From an uncultured virus (IMG/VR IMGVR_UViG_3300043803_001696) (lineage: Duplodnaviria; Heunggongvirae; Uroviricota; Caudoviricetes), in the IMG/VR virus record IMGVR_UViG_3300043803_001696: DNA of 64,000 nucleotides; one strand, written 5' to 3'. The first letter of the stretch is position 1; every line of letters starts with the position of its first letter. Below, piece after piece: positions 1 to 10,162 of this stretch. Both the position numbers and the translations under genes were made by a program. The notes below the pieces were generated by a model. It was not told where the DNA came from. It saw only the letters and a list, made by a program, of their open reading frames with translations, and did no database searches.

Positions 1-37
1 AAACCGTTGCTGGTTCTTTCTCCATTGGCTTTGTCGC

Positions 38-427
38 ATGATTAACGGCCTCTCACCATTAGCTAATGCCACACTTGTGTGGTCGGTGGCTTCTGGTTAT
101 GCCGTTGATAGTGAAACTGGAAATTACGTTTCCATTTCATCAGGTGTGACATACTACGCCAGTTTGAAGCAAAAGCGCAATCCGCAGTACGACTATTTGC
201 TTGGTGCTGATAGTACGGCTGTCTACATGGAGGGACGACTGACGGGGCCATTAGCACTGTCTGGTATCACTCCCGGAAGCTCCGCTGCTGCAACAATCAA
301 TGGGAGGGAAGGACGGTTTGAGCTATTACCAAACGAGCAAATTGCTGACCATTATTGGCAGTTTCTCGGCACGCCAATCAGAGGAATTTTTAGACTGGTT
401 GGCAAAGGAAGCGTTCAAAACGTTTGA
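38..427 (+). CDS. putative head-closure/neck protein
   Basis: 129 aa, directly upstream of the tail tube gene; position-based. Confidence 0.45.
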   Translation: MINGLSPLANATLVWSVASGYAVDSETGNYVSISSGVTYYASLKQKRNPQYDYLLGADSTAVYMEGRLTGPLALSGITPGSSAAATINGREGRFELLPNEQIADHYWQFLGTPIRGIFRLVGKGSVQNV

Positions 428-463
428 CGCTTAACCATTTTCTTTCCCATTGAGGATTTTCTC

Positions 464-1042
464 ATGCTCTACCACCCGACTGAACTGGTTAAGAGCCAAG
501 ACGTTATTGTGCGTGTTGGCTCGATTGCTGGCGCGGCTCGTCCCGTGATCACCCAGAGCGGCGCTACGTTCACCGTTAGCGGTGCTCCTACTCTATACAC
601 CCTGCAAGCCGCTACGACGGCTTCCGTGGCCTTTAACGACGGCAACACTGAGTTCTACCTGCTGGGCGGCGGCGGCTTCTCTGATAGCGTTATTGTTACT
701 TCCCAGGCCACTGCTTCCGTCACTTCTTACTTTCAGAAGGATGTTGACGGCACTGTGTTCCTGCCGAATAGCTTTGACGAAGCCTTCCAAGTGATTTCCG
801 CTTCGCGCTATGACAAGAACAATGAAGTGTACGTGGAAATCAATAAGCAACTCGGAGTGAGTGGCACCACTTACTACTACGATCGTGTGGCTTATACCGC
901 TCGCGTTATGAACTACAACGAAAGCTATCCCGCCGATAACCTTGTGGAGGTCACCTTCGACCTGATCAGCCGTGGTCGAATCGGTATTCACCAGAACGCT
1001 GAGAATACCGGCAGCCTGATTCCGACTGCTCCTAATAGCTGA
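464..1042 (+). CDS. major tail (tube) protein
   Basis: 192 aa, beta-rich, followed by a strong terminator and upstream of chaperones and tape measure. Confidence 0.7.
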   Translation: MLYHPTELVKSQDVIVRVGSIAGAARPVITQSGATFTVSGAPTLYTLQAATTASVAFNDGNTEFYLLGGGGFSDSVIVTSQATASVTSYFQKDVDGTVFLPNSFDEAFQVISASRYDKNNEVYVEINKQLGVSGTTYYYDRVAYTARVMNYNESYPADNLVEVTFDLISRGRIGIHQNAENTGSLIPTAPNS

Positions 1043-1063
1043 CTTTCCTCCATCGTCTTTGCT

Positions 1064-1090
1064 AGCCTTCCTTTACGGGAAGGCTTTTTT
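1064..1090 (+). terminator. Rho-independent terminator
   Basis: AGCCTTCC-tttacg-GGAAGGCT followed by a T-run. Confidence 0.8.
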
Positions 1091-1093
1091 ATT

Positions 1094-1501
1094 GTGAATA
1101 TTGCACAACTGCGAGATACGATTACAACGCTGTTAAGCGCCAGTCCGAACTTGGTGGGTTCTTACGCGCTGCCCAATGGCACTACGATTCCTGCCATCTA
1201 TGTGGTGGGTCAACAAGGTGTGCCTTCAGAGTTTAAGGTAACTGGCCTAGAGGTGACAATGCGACAGTTTCCAGAAATTATTCCGCGTTCACCGCTGTGC
1301 GGCCTCAAAATGAATCAACTATGGGAAGTAGTTTTGGTGCAATATACTCCTAGTGAAAATACTTTGCCGATTGCAATGGATAGGATGGTAAGGCGTTTCC
1401 CCGACTCCACGCCAAGATATTTTCCTGGCGATGACGTGGCCTATGAGCGCTGTCGATTTGTCATTCCAGATATGATTTTACGGCCCTTGTATGGATCATG
1501 A
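1094..1501 (+). CDS. putative tail terminator/completion protein
   Basis: 135 aa in the tail-connector block; size and position. Confidence 0.4.
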   Translation: MNIAQLRDTITTLLSASPNLVGSYALPNGTTIPAIYVVGQQGVPSEFKVTGLEVTMRQFPEIIPRSPLCGLKMNQLWEVVLVQYTPSENTLPIAMDRMVRRFPDSTPRYFPGDDVAYERCRFVIPDMILRPLYGS

Positions 1502-1956
1502 GTGGCATTGTTGTTGAAGCGAAGGTCATTGGCGGAGAAGGATGGGAGAAAAAACTACGTGCCGCTTTTGAAACCTGGGCATCAGAGGACATTGATGATG
1601 CCTATTGGGATGACCAATTTAAGGATGATAGATGGGTCTATCAAAACGAAACAAGGCGCAAAAATGGGGAAGTGGTAGGCTCTCCTCGCGACATTTACGA
1701 TTTGGGCGAGCTCTACGAAAGTGGGAGAGAATCTTTCAGGATTACTCAGGGATCGATGGATATCACTGCGTCATGGAATTGGGATGCAAAGAATTCTTCT
1801 GGCAGGGCATATGCGTGGTATGTTCATGAAGGGCTTGGCACTAATGTCACACCTCGTCCATGGACCGACGAATTGCAAGTGCCTAGCAGATTTGAGGCCA
1901 GCAGTGTTCGCCTTGCGTTGAGACGTAGAATCAAGATTGCTTTCCAGGGCAAGTGA
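1498..1956 (+). CDS. putative tail completion/neck protein (HK97 gp10-like)
   Basis: D-x-G-x-L-x-x-S and YAWYVHEG...RPW motifs typical of this family. Confidence 0.55.
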   Translation: MSGIVVEAKVIGGEGWEKKLRAAFETWASEDIDDAYWDDQFKDDRWVYQNETRRKNGEVVGSPRDIYDLGELYESGRESFRITQGSMDITASWNWDAKNSSGRAYAWYVHEGLGTNVTPRPWTDELQVPSRFEASSVRLALRRRIKIAFQGK

Positions 1957-2216
1957 ATATTGATTATTTGTGGAGCGAGGACCAAACAGTCCACGCTATC
2001 AACTGCTTAATTGAAGGCACAGCATTAGAGGCTGGCATTTTGTGTCTTGTTGCTTGCGGAGAAACCACCATTAGAATTTCAAACGAAAGTCACTCTCTCC
2101 TTGTTGAAGTGCCGCCTGATTTTCGCTCAGGCCATGAACGAGTGAAGGTGTTCAACGCATTGCTAAACATTCTTGACCATGAGCAAATACAGCTTTCTTC
2201 TGGAAACCAAGACTGA
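1953..2216 (+). CDS. hypothetical protein
   Basis: 87 aa ORF overlapping both neighbours. Confidence 0.5.
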   Translation: MNIDYLWSEDQTVHAINCLIEGTALEAGILCLVACGETTIRISNESHSLLVEVPPDFRSGHERVKVFNALLNILDHEQIQLSSGNQD

Positions 2217-2730
2217 GGAGTTTTTTGAGCTTCTCCCCAATATCCGCATGAAGAAATATGGCGGATGGCTGGTAGCGGAAGCTATTGAGCAAGAGGAAAT
2301 TAGCAAGCTGCAAAGCCAAGCAACCATTCGCGCCGTTCAACTTGCAAAACGCATCGCCACGGCAAAAGACATTCCTCTTGATGAAGCATTCTCTTTGCTG
2401 CAAGGTGGTGCTGGCTCTATCACGGAAGCAGAACTCCTCGCTGAATACACAGAAGAAACTCTCAGCATGATTACCAGCGGGTCTTCCGTGGAGAGCACTA
2501 ATGCTCGCATGGCAACTGCTTTCGTGCGTTCTCGCGGACAAGGACTGGTGGATGGCGAATGGCAGGATTTGGTTGATTGGGACTTGGAAGATACAAAAAC
2601 TCTTCCCCGTCGAGCCATCGCTAAGGTGGTGGAATTCATCTCCGCTGAGCAAGAAGCAGAAATGAAGGGGGCTGTAGATGTGGCAAAAAAATCCCAGAAG
2701 AGGAATATTCCTCAACAGCAGAACGTCTAG
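2179..2730 (+). CDS. tail assembly chaperone (gpG-like)
   Basis: Position before tape measure; slippery A AAA AAA at 2685-2691. Confidence 0.75.
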   Translation: MSKYSFLLETKTEEFFELLPNIRMKKYGGWLVAEAIEQEEISKLQSQATIRAVQLAKRIATAKDIPLDEAFSLLQGGAGSITEAELLAEYTEETLSMITSGSSVESTNARMATAFVRSRGQGLVDGEWQDLVDWDLEDTKTLPRRAIAKVVEFISAEQEAEMKGAVDVAKKSQKRNIPQQQNV

Positions 2731-3158
2731 AAGCCCAAGCCAGGAAGTTCCTGACTTCTCTCACTCCATGGAATGATCTTTATTTTCGACTGTCCGCGTC
2801 GGATTTTAAGGATGAGCGATGGAGTGCGAGATGTTTTGGGCGTCAACGCGTGAGCGATGTCAAAGCAGCTCTAAAGTTTCTAGAGAAACACGACATTACT
2901 AAATACAACATTCAAAGCGTAGCCGTAGCAAAGCTTGGTGCAATGGCTGCAGGCATGATGGGCGGCAAGAAGGTTTCGGTGAAGCCAGAAAACTTCCTAC
3001 CGTTTGATGCAGGAAAAGTCAAGAAAGATCATGGAGTTACAGACGAAAGCCTTATGGTGCTACAGCGTTTAATGAAGGAGCGCGTGATGAATGGACGAGT
3101 GATTGCCTTGCTTGCCGAGGAAATCAAAGCCTTTAGCGGACGCAACCAAGGGCAATGA
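2685..3158 (+). CDS. tail assembly chaperone gpT portion, expressed as G-T fusion by -1 frameshift
   Basis: The -1 frame is stop-free from 2685 (KKIPEEEYSSTAERLEAQARKFLTSLTPWNDLYFRL...) into ORF 2850-3158. Confidence 0.75.
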   Translation, partial: KKIPEEEYSSTAERLEAQARKFLTSLTPWNDLYFRLSASDFKDERWSARCFGRQRVSDVKAALKFLEKHDITKYNIQSVAVAKLGAMAAGMMGGKKVSVKPENFLPFDAGKVKKDHGVTDESLMVLQRLMKERVMNGRVIALLAEEIKAFSGRNQGQ

Positions 3159-3191
3159 TTATAGAATTGGTAACATAGAGGGTTTTGTCAA

Positions 3192-6100
3192 ATGGCGGTT
3201 CAAGACGCAGAACTTAAGCTGAAGGTAAGTCTTGACCTAGCTTTTTTTCGGCAGCAATTACTGGGACTAGGACAAGCGGCTGCTGGCACTTCAGTGCCCA
3301 TCCAGGTTAAGTTCGACAGGCTTAGCGTACAGAATGAGCTGAATGCTCTTGGCGTCAATATCAGACGAAGAAATTATCGCTTAAATATTGAGACCAACTT
3401 ATCTGCTGAAATTGCAAAAGCAGACACCCTGGCTCGCAAGCTTTCAGAATTAAGCGGACAAGTTAAAGCTGCTGCTGGGGGGACTTTTTCGCGAGGACCG
3501 CAGGGAGCTGCTGGTCTGGAACGCTTCATGCGCGAGCAAGGGCTCACTGGGCGTGCATTTAATGTGCAGCAAACTCAAGAGCAAATCGCGAAGCAAGCTA
3601 TTTTATCTCGACTAGGAAAACGCTCATTAATTAAGGGCGGATACAATATTGCGGGCTTAGAAAAAATTATTCGCGATCTCGGGGGTACACCGACTGGAAA
3701 CAGAGGCCAACTTACAGCGCAAGCAAAAAAATTAGTAGAGGAAGCGGATGGCATTGCAGACGCTGTTTTTGATAATCTGAAAAATCTGCAAATGAAGCTG
3801 CGTCCCATTCGTGGACAAGCTCAAACAAGCGCAACGCGCTCCATGCCCAATCTCAATGAGATGCTGGATCGCATGGCCAATTTGACCAGCAATCCTAGAG
3901 CTGCACAGCGCATGTTGCGCATGCTACCGGAAAGCCGCGTTACGACTGACTTGGTTGGGGCCGCTAATCGTCAAGCAGCCTTTCAACAACAATTTCCGCA
4001 GGGATATACGCTTCCCGGGTTTAATGCGCCCAGGGCTTTTGATCCACTGCTAAAGACAATTGCAAAGTCTTTTTCCGACTATGCGCGAACGGTTAATATT
4101 TCTAATCCATGGGTGGGTCAAATTGGCAATGGCATTGCAGGTATTATTGCGAAAGCGTCCACAAGTCCACAGGCTACGAGGCTTCTCCCTGCGGTTGGCG
4201 GCACAACGAGTCCACTGAATACACTGGAAGCTCGCTTGGCATCTAGTCGTGGAATGCTTGGCACCGGAGGTGGTGCTGCAGGCTCCTTATTTACAGGACG
4301 AGGTTCGGTAAATCCTGGGGTTTCGATGCTCTCTCCAGTTGGAATTTCTGGAGGCTATCGCCAAATGGCAGCGGCGTTGGCAAATCAAGCAGCCAATCCC
4401 GCGTTAGCGCATAGACAAATAGCTGATATTGGCTTTGGAGCTGTGCCAACTTCTGCCACTGGGCTTTCCGGGCAAGCATTAAATACAGTTCTCAATCAAG
4501 CATTTTTGCAACGCAGAGGATTGGGGGCTAGTGGTGCTCAGTCACGACCAATCTTTAGCACCGGTGGTGTCGCGGTACAACAAAACATTCCAGGAATGGC
4601 TTATCCGATGGCCGCTGGACTGGGTGGGTCAATGGGACAATTCCCCATGGCTGGAATGATGGGGCCGTCTACGCCCCTATCCATTAATGCGAGAACAAGC
4701 ATGTTTGGAGGTGGAGGGGGATTGCCGCCTCGTGGGCCTTTTGGTGGCTTTGGAGGAACGGGAGGGATGGGTGGCCAGTTTAATCGAGCGCTTGGAAACA
4801 TTCAATTACCCGGCGCCGGAATGGTGCGCGAATTGGGCGATGAATTTGGCATGGCAACAAAACAAGTGTTGCTATTTGGTACTGCTTACAAAGCATTAGC
4901 TTTCGCTACTTCTTTCCCCGCACAAGTGGGACAAGCAGTTGGCGCACTGCAGACTTTTAACAATACTCTCAAGGCAGTTTCTCCCACCGCACAAGAAGCA
5001 AAAAGTTCCAACGAATTAATCCTGGATCTAGTCAGTAGGTATAACGTGCCATTGCAATCGGCCCGTGATGGCTTTACAAAGTTATATGCTTCAATGCAGC
5101 CAGCGGGTTTTAGTGGCGATGAAGTGAGGACTATCTTCACTGGCATCAGCAAAGCTGCTGCTGCGTTTGGCATGAGCGCAGATAAAGTTGATCGTGTGAA
5201 TTATGCCTTTGCTCAGATGGCGAGCAAAGGTCAGGTAATGAGTGAAGAATTGAAGGGACAATTAGGCGACGTTTTACCTGGAGCGATGGCAATTTTCGCT
5301 GAAGCTGCTGGGTTTAAGGGACCAGATGCCATTCAGAAATTCTCAGCAGCCCTGGAAGAAGGTGCCTATAAAGGAACGGCAATGAAAGTATTGCTGCAGA
5401 ATGTTGGCACAATCATGAACAAGGAATTCGGTCCTGGTGCGGAAGGGGCAGCAAGGACGTTCCAGGGTGCAATGAATCGCATGCAAAATTCACTTACGCT
5501 TCTTTACGAAGGTTTTGAACCCATTGCCGTTGGATTCTTAAATGCCGTTGTAATGCCGTTGACAAATGGCATTAAGCAAGTAACAGATGGGTTAAATGCT
5601 TTTCTCACTGGCACTACCGCTAAAACCGCCGGTGGATTTGCCTTCGCTCAGCAGTTAGAAAATCTTCGTCCAACTTTCCAAGGTATTCAACAAAACGTGC
5701 AACAAGTGATTCCCGTGTTGCAACAGTTTGGGAAAGTGGCCTTGCAAGTGGCTCAAACACTGCTGCAGATTGCTGGCAATCCTTTCGTGGGTTACTTGGC
5801 TCGCGTGTATTTATCTGTGCTACCACTGACACTAGCAATTCAGACATTAAATCTACGGGCATTGGTGCCAATGATTGCAAATTTCCTTAGGGCTATTCCA
5901 GCGTTTGTTGCATTTAACGCTGCTGCGGCGCAAGGGGTTACGACAAACAAGGCCCTGCAATTGGCAATGTACACAACAGGGCAAACTGCTGGAGTAACGG
6001 CTGGTCAAATTCGGACGGTCTCACTGGCGTTAAAAGCTGCATTTGCAAGCACGGTAATATTAGCCGTCGTGGCAGGTATTGGCATGATTATTGAAAGGCT

Positions 6101-7802
6101 TATGACAATGAACGCAAAAATGGAGGAAACAAGACAAAAAGCACTCAATGCTGCGCAAGCAATTCGCTCAATGTCCGCTACGGACGCAAGATCAACGGAG
6201 CAAAGGACGTCTATGGTGATTAACGACCTAAAACGACTGCGGACTTCCAATGAGGATTTGACGCTTGGGAAGGATCGCGTTGTCACCGTTCCGGGTGATG
6301 TGGCCAAGCGCCTTGAAGCGGCTGGCGTTCCAGTAAGGTCGGACTTGCTTGGTAGAAAAGTAATTGAACGTGCAATGATAGAGTCCTATATACAGCAACA
6401 ATCTGGAATCTCTGCAGAGGCTCGCTTTAGGCAAGGGCAGTTAAGTTTTGAGGATAAACAAGCCGCAACTCCTGCTGTCATTGCGCCTGTTCCACCTGCA
6501 TCCCCAGACGGCTCCAAGCCTAAAGAGGGTAAGCGGATTCCAATTGAAGAGATCATGGATTATGAGAGTCAAAGAGCAATGCGTCTTAAGGCGTCCAATA
6601 TGCAATTGGCGTTAGATAGGAAAATTGCCGCCGCAAAAATGGCGGGCAATGATGCAGAAGCAGAATCGCTTGAAAGTCTCAGAGGCATATTAAAAATCAA
6701 TGGTGAGATTTCCGAGTTGGAGACGTTTAGGAATATGCTGATCGACAAGGAGGCTCAACTTATTGACAAAACTTTTACAAAAAAGAAATATGAAGACAAG
6801 CTCAACGACACAAATGTAAAAATTCACGAGCTCAAAAATGATCTGCAAAGTCAATACTTAAAGCTGCAAATTAGCGAAAAAGACCAACAAAAGAAGGCCG
6901 AAGAAGAGTTATCGAAGCGAATTGAAAAACAATTGCAACTTAATCGACTTATTGAAGATGCAGCAATTGCCGCTGGCACGATCACCCCAGGCGAGGCGAG
7001 AAAAAGAGCACAGCAAAGAGAATTTGATGATCAATTGTTAAGAGCCAAGGAGCTTGGTGCCACCCCAGAGCAACTCGTTGCTATTAAAGATTTCCAGGTC
7101 ATGACTCCACAAGCGGGGTCTATTCAGGAAAAGCTTAAGCTCTTGCGTGAAGAGTTAGAGAAACTTGCTTCTACTCAGGAAACGGTGACGTTCTCCGCTA
7201 ATGCCATTGGCGAAGCTTTTGCCAATTCTTTCAAGAGCGTCATTAGTGGTGCATCGTCTGCCCAGCAAGCACTTGGTAGTTTCTTCCAAAGCATTGCAGA
7301 CGCATTCTTGGATATGGCCGCACAAATGATCAAGAAATGGGTTGAAATGCAAATCATTGGTCTTGCTCAAAGCCTGCTTTCTCCATTAACTAAAGTCCCA
7401 GGTTCTTCCATAGTCAAAGGAATGGACGTGCCGATTGCACAAATGCCCGCCGGGATGCAATTTGCCAATGGTGGCATTGCCGCTGGCGGCTTCATGCCAA
7501 TTACTCCATTCGCTAGTGGGGGCATCGTCACTGGCCCCACGCTGGGCCTTGTAGGCGAGGGTCGTTACAATGAGGCAGTTATTCCCATGCCCAATGGCAA
7601 GAGCGTTCCAGTGGAGCTTGGCGGGGCCATGGGCAGCCCCATTACGAGCAACATCGTGGTCAACGTCAGCTCTGATGGTAAAACTTCTTCTTCTAACACT
7701 GGCTCCGATTCTGCCGGTCTTGGTCGCCGTCTTGAAGGCGCTGTGAAGCAAGTTATCGTGGATGAACTGCGTCCTGGTGGTCTTCTGTCGGGGAGGCGCT
7801 AA
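3192..7802 (+). CDS. tape measure protein
   Basis: 1536 aa, Ala/Gly/Gln-rich; tape-measure domain (AFAQMASKGQVMSEELKGQLGD); C-terminal FASGGIV...GEG...EAVIP and RPGG. Confidence 0.95.
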   Translation: MAVQDAELKLKVSLDLAFFRQQLLGLGQAAAGTSVPIQVKFDRLSVQNELNALGVNIRRRNYRLNIETNLSAEIAKADTLARKLSELSGQVKAAAGGTFSRGPQGAAGLERFMREQGLTGRAFNVQQTQEQIAKQAILSRLGKRSLIKGGYNIAGLEKIIRDLGGTPTGNRGQLTAQAKKLVEEADGIADAVFDNLKNLQMKLRPIRGQAQTSATRSMPNLNEMLDRMANLTSNPRAAQRMLRMLPESRVTTDLVGAANRQAAFQQQFPQGYTLPGFNAPRAFDPLLKTIAKSFSDYARTVNISNPWVGQIGNGIAGIIAKASTSPQATRLLPAVGGTTSPLNTLEARLASSRGMLGTGGGAAGSLFTGRGSVNPGVSMLSPVGISGGYRQMAAALANQAANPALAHRQIADIGFGAVPTSATGLSGQALNTVLNQAFLQRRGLGASGAQSRPIFSTGGVAVQQNIPGMAYPMAAGLGGSMGQFPMAGMMGPSTPLSINARTSMFGGGGGLPPRGPFGGFGGTGGMGGQFNRALGNIQLPGAGMVRELGDEFGMATKQVLLFGTAYKALAFATSFPAQVGQAVGALQTFNNTLKAVSPTAQEAKSSNELILDLVSRYNVPLQSARDGFTKLYASMQPAGFSGDEVRTIFTGISKAAAAFGMSADKVDRVNYAFAQMASKGQVMSEELKGQLGDVLPGAMAIFAEAAGFKGPDAIQKFSAALEEGAYKGTAMKVLLQNVGTIMNKEFGPGAEGAARTFQGAMNRMQNSLTLLYEGFEPIAVGFLNAVVMPLTNGIKQVTDGLNAFLTGTTAKTAGGFAFAQQLENLRPTFQGIQQNVQQVIPVLQQFGKVALQVAQTLLQIAGNPFVGYLARVYLSVLPLTLAIQTLNLRALVPMIANFLRAIPAFVAFNAAAAQGVTTNKALQLAMYTTGQTAGVTAGQIRTVSLALKAAFASTVILAVVAGIGMIIERLMTMNAKMEETRQKALNAAQAIRSMSATDARSTEQRTSMVINDLKRLRTSNEDLTLGKDRVVTVPGDVAKRLEAAGVPVRSDLLGRKVIERAMIESYIQQQSGISAEARFRQGQLSFEDKQAATPAVIAPVPPASPDGSKPKEGKRIPIEEIMDYESQRAMRLKASNMQLALDRKIAAAKMAGNDAEAESLESLRGILKINGEISELETFRNMLIDKEAQLIDKTFTKKKYEDKLNDTNVKIHELKNDLQSQYLKLQISEKDQQKKAEEELSKRIEKQLQLNRLIEDAAIAAGTITPGEARKRAQQREFDDQLLRAKELGATPEQLVAIKDFQVMTPQAGSIQEKLKLLREELEKLASTQETVTFSANAIGEAFANSFKSVISGASSAQQALGSFFQSIADAFLDMAAQMIKKWVEMQIIGLAQSLLSPLTKVPGSSIVKGMDVPIAQMPAGMQFANGGIAAGGFMPITPFASGGIVTGPTLGLVGEGRYNEAVIPMPNGKSVPVELGGAMGSPITSNIVVNVSSDGKTSSSNTGSDSAGLGRRLEGAVKQVIVDELRPGGLLSGRR

Positions 7803-7805
7803 ATT

Positions 7806-8159
7806 ATGACCCAACCCACTTTTGCCATTGCTTGCGAATACGGCCTTACGGTTCAACGTGGTAATCGCACAAAGCGCGTACAATTTGGCGATGGTTATGA
7901 GCAAATCAGCCCCGAAGCGATTAACAATGACATTCGTTCTTACCAAATTGATACTGTTCCTATTTCAGACGAAGCGGCCATCGCCCTTGACGCTCAACTC
8001 TCAGCGTTGAATGGCGACTTCTTCTATTCACAGTTCTTCATGGATGACCGCAAATATAAATATCGACTAGAGCCAAATCAATGGCAATGGAGAACCATTG
8101 GTCCCAACAGTAATGTGTTTTCCTTTTCCGTAAGGAGGATATATGACCCTAGAAGCTGA
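7806..8159 (+). CDS. distal tail protein (lambda gpM-like)
   Basis: VQFGDGYEQ motif. Confidence 0.9.
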   Translation: MTQPTFAIACEYGLTVQRGNRTKRVQFGDGYEQISPEAINNDIRSYQIDTVPISDEAAIALDAQLSALNGDFFYSQFFMDDRKYKYRLEPNQWQWRTIGPNSNVFSFSVRRIYDPRS

Positions 8160-8826
8160 TGTGCAACAAGGATGGCATGATGCCATTGTTGAACTGTTTG
8201 ATCTTGATCTAGAGCCCATTACAGGGGATCCTCAGGATAAGTTTTATTTCACCACGCAGTTGAAGCCAGACGATGCAAAGATTATCTGGCAAGGACGCAC
8301 TTACGAACCGTTGCCTATTTTGGCGGCAGGTTATGAACGCAGCACCACCGGGCAAGTTGCTCAACCATCGCTCACGGTGGCAAATGTCCTAGGAACATTT
8401 ACGCAGGTCATCAGCAGCCTTGATGACATGGTGGGAGCAAAAGTAACAAGGCGCCGCACTTTGGGCAAATATCTTGATGGAGAACCGCAAGCGGATCCCA
8501 CTCAGGAATTCCCATTGGACATCTTTTTCATTGAACGCAAAACAGCAGAAAATGCGCTCACCATTTCTTGGCAACTTGCAAGCGTCTTAGATCTAGAAGG
8601 CTTGTCATTGCCACGTCGCATTGTCACGCAAAATTACTGTCAATGGAAATACAGAAGTAGCGAATGTGGCTATGTAGGAGGGCCAGTGGCGACAGTGAAT
8701 GATACGCCCACGTCCAACCCAGATCTTGATATTTGCGGCAAAAGAGTGCAAAGTTGTCAGCTAAGATTTCCAAACCAATCTCTTCCTTTTGGGGGATTTC
8801 CTGGGGCAATTAGAGGAAGACAATGA
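8143..8826 (+). CDS. minor tail protein L (Fe-S tail tip)
   Basis: VTRRRTLGKYLDG, CQWKYRSSECGY, C-x6-C-x-LRF...PFGGFPG. Confidence 0.93.
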   Translation: MTLEADVQQGWHDAIVELFDLDLEPITGDPQDKFYFTTQLKPDDAKIIWQGRTYEPLPILAAGYERSTTGQVAQPSLTVANVLGTFTQVISSLDDMVGAKVTRRRTLGKYLDGEPQADPTQEFPLDIFFIERKTAENALTISWQLASVLDLEGLSLPRRIVTQNYCQWKYRSSECGYVGGPVATVNDTPTSNPDLDICGKRVQSCQLRFPNQSLPFGGFPGAIRGRQ

Positions 8827-9524
8827 GCTGGCAATCGCTGAAAGACGAGCTGAGAAGCTATGCACACTCAAAGCCCAACGAAGAGGTGTGTGGAATTATT
8901 GCAAAGGGCGAATTCTTTCCCTGCTCAAACATTCATTCCTCTCCATCGGAAAATTTTGGCATTTCCGCTGAAGACTACGCAAAAGCGGAGCGCCTGGGAA
9001 TTGAGGCCATTTTTCATTCGCACACTGGCTTCAACCACAGATTTAGTAAGCATGATATTGCGTCATGCAAGACAATCAATTTGCCATGGGTGATGTATTG
9101 CATTGGCACTAATAGTTGGCATGAAATGGATCCCACCGGCAATGCGCCCTATTTGGAAAGGCCATGGATTTATGGTGTGTATGATTGCTATGGCCTGGTA
9201 AGGGATTATTTCAGAAAAGAATATGACATTACGCTTGATGATTACGAAAGAGAAAGTGAGTTTGAATGGAGAAGCAGCGAGTGGCGCATGTTTGAAAAGA
9301 ACTTTGTTGGACAAGGCTTCGTAGAAATTGACAAGCCTCAAAGAGGGGATGTGTTGCTAATGCAGCTTCAGTCTGATTTCCCAAACCATGTGGGTATTAT
9401 TCACGATCCCAGTAAGAATATCTTTTACCAGCATTTGCTAGATAGACTGTCTGAAGCCAATGTCTATGGTGGTTATTGGCGAAAATGTACAGTTAAAGTG
9501 TTGCGCCACAAGAGCCTGTTGTAA
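8823..9524 (+). CDS. tail assembly protein K (JAB + NlpC/P60)
   Basis: EVCG...HSH...D JAB motif; GVYDCYGL...NHVGI NlpC/P60 motif. Confidence 0.93.
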   Translation: MSWQSLKDELRSYAHSKPNEEVCGIIAKGEFFPCSNIHSSPSENFGISAEDYAKAERLGIEAIFHSHTGFNHRFSKHDIASCKTINLPWVMYCIGTNSWHEMDPTGNAPYLERPWIYGVYDCYGLVRDYFRKEYDITLDDYERESEFEWRSSEWRMFEKNFVGQGFVEIDKPQRGDVLLMQLQSDFPNHVGIIHDPSKNIFYQHLLDRLSEANVYGGYWRKCTVKVLRHKSLL

Positions 9525-10162
9525 TGAAACTGATTGAAGTGAAACTGTTGGGAGAATTGGGCCGTAAGTTTGGCCGTAAGTTTCGCTTCATGGCGTCATC
9601 GCCTCGTGATGTGATGTCAGCTCTTTGCAATCAATTGGAAGGCTTCAAGGAATACATGGCTTCAGCTCACGAGAAAGGCGTGGGCTTTCGGCTGGTCAAT
9701 GATAATGATGAAGGCATGGATTACGACAATCTGATCATGCCTTGTAATCGCTTGATTATTGCCCCCATCGTTACTGGTGGTGGTTCAGTGGGCCGCATTC
9801 TTTTGGGCGTAGCGTTGGTAGCACTGTCTTTTGTGAGCTTTGGCGCTGGTAGCGCTTTTGCTGGCTTCACCACTGCAGCGATGGCAAAAACTGCTGGCAC
9901 TGCAGCAGGCTTTTCTTTGGGTAGTGGCATTTTGTTCAACTTGGGCCTCGGCTTGGTATTGACTGGTGTTGCCTCTTTGCTCACGCCTCAGCAGCAAGTT
10001 GCCACTCCTTCAGACTCAGAGCGTAAAGATAGCTTCTTGTTTGATCGAACCACGGAACTCACCACTCAGGGTCAGCCCATTCCATTGCTTTATGGCCGCT
10101 TCCTTGCGGCTTCTCCATTGGTTGTTTCGTCTGCAATCAGCACCCAACAGGTGCCCGTGTAA
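9524..10162 (+). CDS. tail assembly protein I
   Basis: LLGELGRKFG N-terminus, hydrophobic Gly-rich middle, QGQPIPLLYG. Confidence 0.92.
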   Translation: MKLIEVKLLGELGRKFGRKFRFMASSPRDVMSALCNQLEGFKEYMASAHEKGVGFRLVNDNDEGMDYDNLIMPCNRLIIAPIVTGGGSVGRILLGVALVALSFVSFGAGSAFAGFTTAAMAKTAGTAAGFSLGSGILFNLGLGLVLTGVASLLTPQQQVATPSDSERKDSFLFDRTTELTTQGQPIPLLYGRFLAASPLVVSSAISTQQVPV

